Source: Chrysemys picta bellii (Eukaryota). From it: DNA of 64,000 bases. Position numbers and translations under genes: made by a program. This document shows, piece after piece, positions 1 to 9,319 of the stretch. Below the pieces are notes generated by a model. It saw nothing but the letters and a program-made list of their open reading frames with translations. It had not been told where the DNA came from and did not search any database. The stretch covers positions 248,001-312,000 of the forward strand of contig NC_088803.1 of assembly GCF_011386835.1 (NCBI RefSeq). Direction: 5' to 3'. Every line of letters begins with the position of its first letter. Within the stretch, counting starts at the first letter, position 1.

Positions 1-755
1 GCCCTTGGGAATTATTTGCCAGCCATTACCTTGCAGTTAAGCAAAGCATTGGGACACAAGACATCTGGGTTCAAGTTCAGACCCTGTAGAAAACTCCCTA
101 TTTGACCTTGAGTACCTCACTAAATCACTTTGTGCCTCGGTTTCCCCACCTGTTATACATGGATAATTAAATCCTTTGTCACTCTCAGCTATTAAATGTG
201 GCTGGGACTGTGTCTCTGTATCTGTGCTGGGTGTTGCACAAAGGGGCCCATGTCTCAGTCCCAGATTGTAGGTCCTAGCATAATACCCATAATAACAATA
301 GGGATAATACAAATTAAAATAGTCAAATGCAGTTCCGGCTCTGGTGTGTGTGGCAATGACACACGGAACTCAGCTGATGGAAACCGAGAATAACTTCTGA
401 GCCTGGTACCAGTGCAGTGAGAAGGCCCAGCCTGGGGACTCATTAGAAATGTCAACGTTTTAATTAATCCCAATGGCCATTGCACCCTGTGGGATGCTTT
501 GACTGGGCTGGGGATAACATAGCTACAGAGATTAATTATACCGTCTGCTTCTGCCCCCTCGTCCTGGCTCCCAAGTAAGACACCCCCCAGAGAAGAGCGG
601 GAAATGATAGCGATTAGCGGAATTGCAAGGGGCCTTATTACAACTGCGGTGCTGGGACACTACAAATGGATCGATGAGATCACTGCTGGAGCCCCCCCAA
701 TCTAGCCCTGTCTCTCTCACATCCCTCTCTGTGTGGTGTCGATGGATTTGTCTAC

Positions 756-1213
756 TGTGACGAACTGGGCCTGTTCTTACTGTGGTCTGTGAATGCTGAC
801 AGGGGAGTGTGGCTAGGATAGTCTGCATTGGGGGATGGGAGATTGCCCGAAGGAGAATACCTGAGCATGTAACATGAGAACCCAGGAAGGGGTTGGAGGC
901 CAGGTGACACCTTGGCCCGGGAAACTGAACAAAGGCTGTGGGAGGGGTCGCTGAAGGCAGGGTGTTGGAAGCTGGCTGGTGAGATGGCTGGAAGGCAGAG
1001 ATTGCTCTGACCTCCCAAGGGGGGCTGGGATGCCCTGGGACCCCAAGATGGACCTAACTGAGGGGGGCCCTGTTGTCTGTGCCTGCAAGACCTGTCTTGG
1101 ACTGTATTCCTGTCATCCAAATAAACCTTCTGCTTTACTGGCTGGCTGAGAGTCATGGTGAATCGCAGGAAGCCGGGGGTGCAGGGCCCTGAGTCCCCCA
1201 ATACTCCGTGACA
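756..1213 (+). repeat. 5' LTR of the Gypsy element
   Basis: TGTGA...GTGACA, AATAAA at 1120-1125, direct repeat of 4285-4742. Confidence 0.95.
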
Positions 1214-1215
1214 AC

Positions 1216-1233
1216 TGGTGGCAGCGGCGGGAT
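1216..1233 (+). promoter_or_regulatory. Primer-binding site, tRNA-Leu type
   Basis: TGGTGGCAGCGGCGGGAT lies 2 nt after the 5' LTR. It differs at one position from the complement of the recalled vertebrate tRNA-Leu(AAG/TAG) 3' end (TGGTGGCAGCGGTGGGAT). Confidence 0.8.
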
Positions 1234-1552
1234 CTACTGCACCCCGTGGACGGCGCTTCCTGCAGTAAGTGACTGGGGAGCAGTAAAACGAAGGGGGATT
1301 GACGGGGACCAGGCATGCTGAAGAGTGAGAGAGAGACGGCTATTACCCCTGGGAGTGTGTGACCAGCGAGAGGGACTTTTGCGGTAACAGGGTACCCCGG
1401 GGGATCGCAGCGAGTGGTCCCAGGGGCGGAGGAGTCTGCAGCTCGACCCTGGCAGAGAGGTGGTGACCTCGAGAAGGGCTGGCACACTAGGGGTCTCCCT
1501 GGGAACTGTGGGGAGCTGTGAGCACACAGGCCGGTGAGTGGCCAGCAGGAAG

Positions 1553-4218
1553 ATGTATGCCAAGCGGCTTAAGAGCGACCTGGTGGAGCTGTGCAAGCAG
1601 AGGGGGCTGCGCAGTGGGAGGCTCACCAAAGCACAGCTCATTGCCCGGCTGGAGGCGGAAGATCGCGCGAATGAACTGATCCCTGTGTCTCAGGGAAACA
1701 GCCTGGCAAATGCAGCGCAGGCACCAGTGTCTGTCCCAGCTGGGAGTGGTCAGCCGGCTGCTGAGGGCTTCCCGAGACCCCTCCTTCCTATGCCTAGGGG
1801 AAGGGTGGGGAGGAGCCCAGCAAATACCGAGGGCGCCGTGACCCCCCCGGCCAGCAGGGGATCCTCCCGGCGAAGCTCGCTGGCCAGCAGAGGATCCTCC
1901 CGGCGACGTTCGGCATCCGTGGAGCGGAATTGGCTGGAATGGGAGAAAGAGCTAAAACTGAGAGAGCTGGAGGATCGTGAACAACAGAGACAGTATGAAG
2001 AGAGACAGAATCAGCATGAACGGGAGGAGAATGAGAGACAGAGACAGCATGAACTGGAACTGGCGAGACTGAGGGGCAGCGAACCCCCGGCTGCGGTGAG
2101 CGAGGGGGGACCCAGGATGCACGGAGCTTTGATAAGTGCATCCTGGCCCCACGCAAGGAGGGGGAGGACATGGATGACTTCCTGGATGCCTTTGAGACGG
2201 CCTGCGAGCTGCACCGGGTTGATCCCGCGGACAGACTCCGGGTCCTTACCCCCTTACTGGACCCCAAAGCCGTGGCATTGTACCGCCAACTGGAAGAGGC
2301 AGAGAAAGGGGACTACGAACTATTCAAAAAGGCCCTGCTACGTGAGTTTGGGCTGACTCCTGAGATGTACCGGGAAAGGTTCCGGAGTCAGGATAAAACC
2401 CCTGAGATCTCATATCTGCAACTAGCCGTCCGCATGGAAGGATACGCCAGCAAGTGGGCTGATGGGGCCCAGACGAAGGAGGACCTGGTTAAACTGCTGG
2501 TACTGGAGCAACTGTATGAGCGGTGCCCATCCGACCTGAGGCTGTGGTTGAGGGACAAAAAACCAGAGAACCCGCGACATGCAGGCCGGCTGGCCGATGA
2601 GTTTGTAAAGAGCCAGTCAGGGGATAACAGGGAGGAGTCCCAAAGGAACAGTCCCACCACAACGCAGAGAGAGGGTCACCGTGGGACCTCCCCGTGGGAA
2701 AATACAGAAAAACCCCATCAAAGGGGAACATCCGGCATCAGGACCATCCGACCCACTCAAGGGGACCCATGGGACATGGGCTGCTATCACTGTGGCCAGA
2801 AAGGCCACATACGGGCCCAGTGCCCCAGGCTCAGGGACAGACAGAGCAGACCGAACCCACAGAGGGTTGACTGGGTAGAGACCCAGCCGGGCGAGAGGCA
2901 GCATTCCCAGGGAAGGGGGGCTGGCAGAGTACCACCTGCTAAGGAGGGAGGAGAGCTCCAGGCCAGCTCCTCTGGGGGGCTGGATGCTCCAGACTCAGGG
3001 TTTTTGGTTTATACGGTGGGCGCGGGGCTGTCCCTCCGGAGAGAGTACCTTGTTCCCCTGGAGGTGGATGGGAGGAAAGTCAATGGATACTGGGATACGG
3101 GCGCAGAGGTGACGCTGGCCCGGCCTGAGGTGGTGGCCCCAGATCAGGTGGTGCCCAACACCTACCTGACCCTGACGGGGGTGGGCGGGACACCAGTCAA
3201 AGTGCCCGTGGCAAGGGTACACCTGAAGTGGGGGGCCAAGGAGGGCCCCAAGGATGTGGGGGTGCACCCATATTTGCCCACTGAGGTGTTGATGGGGGGG
3301 GACCTGGAGGACTGGCCAAGCAACCCCCAAAGGGCACTGGTTGTGACCCGCAGTCAGAGCCGGCGAGGGGCACTGCGCCCTGGCCTTGGGGAGGGTGCCT
3401 TGCCTGAGGCGCAGGACCCTAACCTGGTCGGGAGGGAACACCCAGGGACATGGCTCAGGGAGGCTGCGGCTTCAGACCCAGCGGGCGAAAAAGAGCAGGT
3501 GGCCATCCCTGTCCCAGCTGCTGAGTTCCAGGCCGAGTTACAGAGAGATCCCTCCTTGCGGAAGATAAGGGACCTGGCCGACCTCAATGCGGTACAGACC
3601 ATGGGGAGAGGTGGCCGGAAAAGATTCCTGTGGGAGAAGGGGTTCCTGTACCGAGAATGGGCTCCCCCAGGGAAAATGGAGTCAGGGGGGATCAGGAGGC
3701 AGCTGGTGGTACCCCAGAAGTATCGCCGCCAGCTGCTGTGCCGGGCCCATGACATTCCCCTCTCAGGGCACCAGGGAACCTGGCGGACCCAGCAGAGGCT
3801 GCTACGGAGCTTTTACTGGCCTGGGGTCTTTGTTACTGTCCGACAGTACTGCCGATCCTGTGACCCCTGTCAGAGGGGGAGGAAGGCCTGGGACAAGGGG
3901 AAAACAGCTTTAGGACCCTTGCCCAGCATAGAGGAGCCTTTTCGGAGGGTGGCCAAGGTAAAAAGGGCGGCTCTAAACCAAGAGAGCCCAACGCACAGAC
4001 CTCCAGACTGGAGCACTGGGAGAAGACCCCAGCCCAGTGGGAACCCCAGGGGTATTGGGGTAGGAAAAGGGCACAGGCCGCCTAAACCTTCCCACATGCG
4101 AACTGCGAGTGCCATCAGGCACCCCCGACCTAAGGGGGGGCGTGAAACTGGAGGGGCCTGGTGTAATTCTCACCAAGGAATGGGAGGGATGCGGGGGCAT
4201 CCAAGGGAACGGGGGTAG
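1553..4218 (+). pseudogene. Gag (SAP-like N-terminus, SCAN-like capsid domain, CCHC knuckle), protease and truncated integrase; one frameshift near 2117
   Basis: ORF 1538-2356 (first ATG 1553, LVELCKQRGL...TKAQLIARL) shifts -1 into ORF 2170-4218. That ORF has a SCAN-like LEQLYERCPSDLRLWL block, CYHCGQKGHIRAQC, protease WDTGAEVTL and integrase zinc finger H-x6-H...C-x2-C (AHDIPLSGH...CDPC). It reaches PLPSIEEPFRRVA, after which the rve core, RT and RNase H are missing. Confidence 0.88.
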
Positions 4219-4270
4219 GTTCGAACTTCCCCGGGTCACTGGCTAAAGTGACCCTGCTCAGTTCGGTCTC

Positions 4271-4284
4271 AAAAGGGGGGGAGA
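4271..4284 (+). promoter_or_regulatory. Polypurine tract
   Basis: AAAAGGGGGGGAGA directly abuts the 3' LTR. Confidence 0.9.
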
Positions 4285-4742
4285 TGTGACGAACTGGGCC
4301 TGTTCTTACTGTGGTCTGTGAATGCTGACAGGGGAGTGTGGCTAGGATAGTCTGCATTGGGGGATGGGAGATTGCCCGAAGGAGAATACCTGAGCATGTA
4401 ACATGAGAACCCAGGAAGGGGTTGGAGGCCAGGTGACACCTTGGCCCGGGAAACTGAACAAAGGCTGTGGGAGGGGTCGCTGAAGGCAGGGTGTTGGAAG
4501 CTGGCTGGTGAGATGGCTGGAAGGCAGAGATTGCTCTGACCTCCCAAGGGGGGCTGGGATGCCCTGGGACCCCAAGATGGACCTAACTGAGGGGGGCCCT
4601 GTTGTCTGTGCCTGCAAGACCTGTCTTGGACTGTATTCCTGTCATCCAAATAAACCTTCTGCTTTACTGGCTGGCTGAGAGTCATGGTGAATCGCAGGAA
4701 GCCGGGGGTGCAGGGCCCTGAGTCCCCCAATACTCCGTGACA
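4285..4742 (+). repeat. 3' LTR of the Gypsy element
   Basis: Identical by eye to 756-1213. The ORF track gives identical spurious translations (813..1088 vs 4342..4617). Confidence 0.95.
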
Positions 4743-4796
4743 TCTACACTATAGAGCTTCCCAGCAATGTAGCTAACCACCGCCAACCCCTTAGAT

Positions 4797-5131
4797 CAGG
4801 GGTCGGCAACCTTTGGCACGCGGCTCCCCAGGGTAAACACGCTGGCGGGCCGGGCCGGTTTGTTTACCTGCTGTATCCGCAGGTTCGGCCGATTGCGGCT
4901 CTCACTGGCCGCGGTTCACCGCTCCAGGCCAATGGGGGCTGCAGAAAGTGGTGCAGGCCGAGAGATGTGCTGGCCGCCGCTTCCTGCAGCCCCCATTGGG
5001 CTGGAGTGGTGAACCGCGGCCAGTGGGAGCTGCGATCCGCTGAACCTGCGGATGCGGCAGGTAAACAAACCGGCCTGGCCCGCCAGTGTGCTTACCCTGG
5101 GGAGCCGCGTGCCAAAGGTTGCCGATCCCTG
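4797..5131. mobile_element. hAT-type foldback MITE
   Basis: 31-bp TIR CAGGGGTCGGCAACCTTTGGCACGCGGCTCC with 1 mismatch. Arms of about 150 bp are palindromic. Absent from the paralog at about 20340. The TSD is only partly retained (TAGAT on both sides). Confidence 0.85.
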
Positions 5132-5170
5132 GTGTAGATGCACAGTAGAGGTGCAAGATGAGACTTATGT

Positions 5171-5350
5171 ATCAGAGGGGTAGCCATGTTAGTCTGAATC
5201 TGTAAAAAGCAACAGAGGGTCCTGTGGCACCTTTAAGACTAACAGAAGTATTGGAGCATAAGCTTTCGTGGGTGAATGCCCACTTCATCAGACGCAAGTA
5301 ATGGAAAATTCCATTACTTGCGTCTGATGAAGCGGGCATTCACCCACGGA
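5171..5350 (-). mobile_element. Penelope-like element fragment with inverted arm and minimal hammerhead ribozyme
   Basis: Same family as 9191-9319. About 15-bp flanking duplication (5156-5170 / 5351-5365, 2 mismatches). Minus-strand core GCGT-CTGATGA-A-GTGGG-CATTCA-CCCAC-GAAA-GCTT-ATGC at 5256-5295. Confidence 0.8.
5256..5295 (-). ncRNA. Minimal type I hammerhead ribozyme motif
   Basis: CUGAUGA and GAAA cores, perfect 5-bp stem II, stem I GCGU/AUGC, palindromic AGCU in place of stem III. Confidence 0.72.
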
Positions 5351-5832
5351 AGATAAGACTTGTGTCTATTCCTCTTACCTGACTAGTGAAGGAACAACTT
5401 TCGATCACTTAAATCAGCTGCAATCCACTGAAGACCCTTTCTCCTGACCCCTGATTGTGCAAAGGGGTGGGTAAGAGAACACGTGTGAGGCCCAGAAAGA
5501 AGCCGAGCGACGTTCATCCCGATGTAGAGAGGAGGGTGTGATGGCTAATGCTCGGACTGGAACTCAGGAAATCTGAACTAGATGCCCAGCTCTTCCACAC
5601 ACTCCCTTTGTGACCTTACACACCTCGATCAGATTGAGAATTTCAAAAAGCCAGTAGGAATTAAGTGTCCAATGCCCACTGCACTTGAATGAGTTTTGAG
5701 AGCCTGGCTCCTTTGACAATCAAACCCTGAAATTCTCTGTGCCTCAGTTCCCCCTTGTAAAATGGGGCTGGTAATTCTTTATTTAGGTGGTGAACTCTGA
5801 ATGGCCAAGCCTGTCTGACTCTGTCTGAGCGG

Positions 5833-5997
5833 CAGGGCTGCCCAGAGGATTCAGGGGGCCTGGGGCAAAGCAATTTCGGGGGCCCCTTCCATAAAAAAAC
5901 AGTTGCAATACTATATTCTCATGGGAGCCCCTGCGAGGCCTGGGGCCTGGGGCAAATTGCCCCACTTATCCCCCCCCCCCCCCCCCGGGCGGCCCTG
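5833..5997. mobile_element. hAT-type MITE
   Basis: CAGGGC...GCCCTG ends. 8-bp TSD CTGAGCGG/CTGAGCAG. Empty site at about 20855. Same family as 47095-47253. Confidence 0.85.
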
Positions 5998-6299
5998 CTG
6001 AGCAGCACCCAGAACAACAGTGCCAGGCTCCTCACGGAGTTGGGGGGGGGGCTGCTATACTACGAAAAGTGATGAGAAGTGGTGCGCAGGACGTATGCTG
6101 CCCTCTGTCCGCACAGTGGTGAATTTCACTCTCACACGTAACCACACAGGGGCACAGAGACACAGAGAAGGGGCAGGGGGACAGCAGGGGACACAAACCA
6201 AGGACAAAGCTCTGTTGGCTTCAGAGGCCTCCAGCTGCACCTCTGGCCCAGGTTGCTCCTATTTCACACCCCTGCCGGGAATTCTCTGGCGTGTGTCAC

Positions 6300-7130
6300 A
6301 CGGCAGGAGAGCCTAGACCAGCATGAACGTCCCCTCCCCCCTTACAATGTCGGGGTCAGATTCTCAGCTGGTAGAAATCTACACAGCTCCTTTGATCCCA
6401 GTGGAGTTACTCCTGATTTACACCAGGGCGCGCGGCTGAGAGGGGAAACAGCCCCAGGGAATCCAATGGAGTCCCCCAGGAGTCAGGTCAGGGGGAGCGA
6501 GAGCAGAATCCGGACCCCGGTGGAGCGGGGGATCTGGCTCTTTCAGTTCAATGGCGCTACAGTTATTGATGCCGGCGGAGGACCTGGTCCCGGGGGTCTA
6601 TGAGCGTTATGGACAATGATGCAGAATCTCCGTTAATTGGCGACTCTGCCGAGGTCTCAGCCTGGGAGCCTGGCGGGATTCAGGGCCCTGGTCCCGACGG
6701 GCCCGAAAGGTATTTAAAGACCATGGAGAGCCGTAAGGAGGTTGGAAGCTGTGAGAAAGCTGTGGGGCTCGGCAGCAGTGTGGGGGATACGCTGTGGCAG
6801 CCCTCGCTAGCTTCGGAGCGGATTAGGTCTCCGGGTTGGATACCAAGAGCCCAGGCTGTGCCCCTCTCCTGGGCGATGGGCCGTTTGGGATAAGGAAGCT
6901 GGATGGTGCTACAGAGGAGTCACGGCCGGGGACAGAAAGAAGAATTCCAGCCAGCTGGAGCGGCCCCTCCCAATGCAGCCAGTGTAAGACTCCTGCTTCG
7001 GTAAAGTCCTTCTCGCTCTGTCCCTCAGTCTCTGCCTGTCTCTGAATCTGCCAGTCTCTGTCTCGCGCCGAGGAAGATGTCAGCCCAATATTTTCTTTAG
7101 AGAGAAATCGATCGATCCGTCCGTCCATCC
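6300..7130 (+). promoter_or_regulatory. Candidate OR promoter / first-exon block, repeated upstream of all four OR10D-like genes
   Basis: Copies at about 15290-16080, 21170-21950 and 29690-30490. Contains TAATTG (6634-6639), O/E-like CCCCAGGGAA (6452-6461), TATA-like TATTTAAA (6711-6718) and a splice-donor-like CG/GTAAAG at 7001. Confidence 0.45.
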
Positions 7131-8001
7131 TTCTCTGTGTGCCTGCCTGCCAGTCTGTCTGTCTGTGTGTATCTATCCTTTATCTCCCTCTCTCCATGTG
7201 TTACAGCCCCAACCCGCCAGCGTCTCCCCTTCAGCCCAGCCTCTCCTGCATGGGGAAAACTCCCCGGCCAGATGCAAACAGACACTTCGTTATTGTCCTT
7301 CAAATCTCACCTTAAAAATCCCTCTGGCAGGTTATCCCCAGAGCCCAGCCTGCTGATCACAGCCGAGCAGATGACAAGCTGCAGCCAGGGGTGTTGGAAC
7401 AATTTGTGTCGTGGGGGTGCTGAGAGCCATTGAACCAAACTGTGAACGCTGGAAATGATGGAAAACACGTCAAGCCAGTGGTTGCAGCTGCCCCCCCCCC
7501 CCCCCCCGAGTTCCAGCATCTCTGGGTGTGACTATTCCCCTTCTCCTTCTTTCCTTTTTCTTCTCTCTCTAACCCCAGGAAAAAACCTCAAACAATTCAC
7601 ATCATTAACAAAGCTGGGACAATTCTTCCGCACATTCATTGGTTTGTAATTTCCATCCTCCTCCTCTTTCTGAACAGAAACATTAGCATCCCTAGTATTT
7701 ATAACAGCTAAGGCCTTCCAAAAGAAAGCACTGCACTGCACACAGGGTAATACCTCTGTGGAGAGGGTGAGAGAGAGAAAGAAGAAACCACATGAGAAAT
7801 TTTAGCCACAAACAGAAGGCCCCGTGGTACTGTGAAGATAAGGGTGGGGCAAAGGCCTAGATAGAATAGAATTGAAGACATTGGAATAGGACAGGAGAGA
7901 AGAGAAGAAACTGGACTAGAACAGAATAGAATAGATGTTCCCTTTGTTCGTCTCTGGACTGTAGGATCTTCAAGGCAGACACTTTCTCTCTCTACATTCA
8001 G

Positions 8002-8071
8002 CGCCAGCACATTAAGACCCTGACCCCAGCTGGCATTACACTGATAGAAATATACATCACTCCTAATGACG
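8002..8071 (+). other. Predicted 5' UTR exon of OR gene 1; intron 8072-8170
   Basis: Pyrimidine-rich acceptor TTTCTCTCTCTACATTCAG, donor GTGAGT at 8072 and acceptor TTTCTCTCCCCTACCCCAG ending 8170. Equivalent signals are present in the paralogs, some degenerate in copy 4. Confidence 0.55.
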
Positions 8072-8183
8072 GTGAGTCATGGGGGCAGTGGAAGGAAGGG
8101 TGAGCATTGCAGCTATAGAATGACGGGTCTCTTTGTTTCTCACTGGCATTATTTCTCTCCCCTACCCCAGGAATGAATCCCAC

Positions 8184-9116
8184 ATGGGGCTGGTCAACCA
8201 CACTCTGGTGACTCATTTCATCCTCTTAGAAATCCCCAACACCGACGGCCTCCAGACCATCCTCTTCGTCACCTTCTTAGCCTTCTACCTCTGCACCCTG
8301 TTGGGCAACCTGCTCATCTTCTCAGCCATTCTCGCTGACGCCCGCCTGCACACCCCCATGTACTTCTTCCTCTGCAACCTCTCTATTGTGGACCTTGGAT
8401 TCTCTTCCATCAGCACCCCTAAGTTGCTGGCCAACATCTGGGTGAAGAGTAGAACCATCTCGCTGGGCGGGTGCATGTCCCAGGTCTTCTTCTGGCACTT
8501 CCTGGGCAGCACCGAGTGCCTGCTCTACACCGTCATGGCCTACGACCGGTACGTGGCCATCTGCCACCCACTGCGCTACCTGCTCATCATGAACCGGAGG
8601 GTGTGCGCCCTCCTGGCTGCCGGCACCTGGATCACCAGCTCCTTCCACGCCACCATCCTCACCAGCCTGACCTTCACGCTGCCCTACTGCGGGTCCAACG
8701 TGGTGGACTATTTCTTCTGTGACATCTTCCCGGTGGTCAAGCTGGCCTGTGCGGACACGTACATCATTGAGACTGTGACCTTCACCAACACTGGTATGGT
8801 GTCCATGACCTGCTTCCTCCTCATCCTCGCCTCCTACATCTGCATAGTCTACTCTGTCCTGAAGATGAACTCAGCCGAAGGGCGGCGCAAAGCAGTCTCC
8901 ACTTGTGCCTCACATCTGGCGGTGGTGATGCTGTTCTTTGGGCCCTGCGCCCTGATCTACACTCAGCCCCAGCTGAGCAATGTGCTGGTGACCCCTGTGC
9001 AGATCTTCAGCAACGTGGTCACGCCCATGCTGAACCCGGCCATCTACACGCTGAGGAACAAGGAGGTGAAAGCGGCTCTGAGAAAACTGAGAGGGGGTCA
9101 AATGCCTCCACGTTGA
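8184..9116 (+). CDS. Olfactory receptor, class II, OR10D-like (copy 1), 310 aa
   Basis: Motifs LHTPMYFFLCNLS, MAYDRYVAICHPLRY, FFCD, STCASHL and PMLNPAIYTLRNKEV. True ATG at 8184 after a splice acceptor; the ORF-track start at 8133 is intronic. Confidence 0.95.
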   Translation: MGLVNHTLVTHFILLEIPNTDGLQTILFVTFLAFYLCTLLGNLLIFSAILADARLHTPMYFFLCNLSIVDLGFSSISTPKLLANIWVKSRTISLGGCMSQVFFWHFLGSTECLLYTVMAYDRYVAICHPLRYLLIMNRRVCALLAAGTWITSSFHATILTSLTFTLPYCGSNVVDYFFCDIFPVVKLACADTYIIETVTFTNTGMVSMTCFLLILASYICIVYSVLKMNSAEGRRKAVSTCASHLAVVMLFFGPCALIYTQPQLSNVLVTPVQIFSNVVTPMLNPAIYTLRNKEVKAALRKLRGGQMPPR

Positions 9117-9190
9117 TGTGCGGCAGCTGCAGGGGTAGCATGTGGGTCTGTTTGGAAATACATCAAGAAATACATCTGCATGGCAGCTCT

Positions 9191-9319
9191 TGCATCTGAA
9201 GAAGTGAGGTTCTTACCCACGAAAGCTTATGCTCACAGTACTTCTGTTAGTCTCAAAGGTGCCACAGGACCCTCTGTTGCTTTTTACAGATTCAGACTAA
9301 CACGGCTACCCCTCTGATA
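9191..9319 (+). mobile_element. Penelope-like element fragment with hammerhead motif, 3' of OR copy 1
   Basis: Exact 12-bp TSD CATGGCAGCTCT (9179-9190, 9320-9331). Absent from OR2-4 3' flanks. GCAT-CTGAAGA...CCCAC-GAAA-GCTT-ATGC at 9192-9232. Confidence 0.85.

Larger units (their letters stand above)
756..4742 (+). mobile_element. Gypsy (Gmr1-like) LTR retrotransposon, internally deleted, very recent insertion
   Basis: Two 458-bp LTRs (756-1213, 4285-4742), TG...CA, identical by eye. 5-bp TSD TCTAC (751-755, 4743-4747). The empty site GATTTGTCTACACTATAGAGC is present in paralogous units at about 20285 and 28975. PBS and PPT present. Gag, protease and partial integrase ORFs. Confidence 0.95.

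Noticed and set aside
6600-6893. Recurring ORFs such as MSVMDNDAESP..., MDTKSPG... and MCLPASLS... in all four units
   Set aside because: They recur only because the DNA is tandemly duplicated. There is no domain-like pattern, ORFs overlap on both strands, and copy 3 is broken by a deletion.
8133-8183. N-terminal extensions of OR ORFs (8133, 17099, 39409-39717)
   Set aside because: They begin at non-ATG codons upstream of the conserved OR Met. For 8133 and 17099 they cross a clear splice acceptor.
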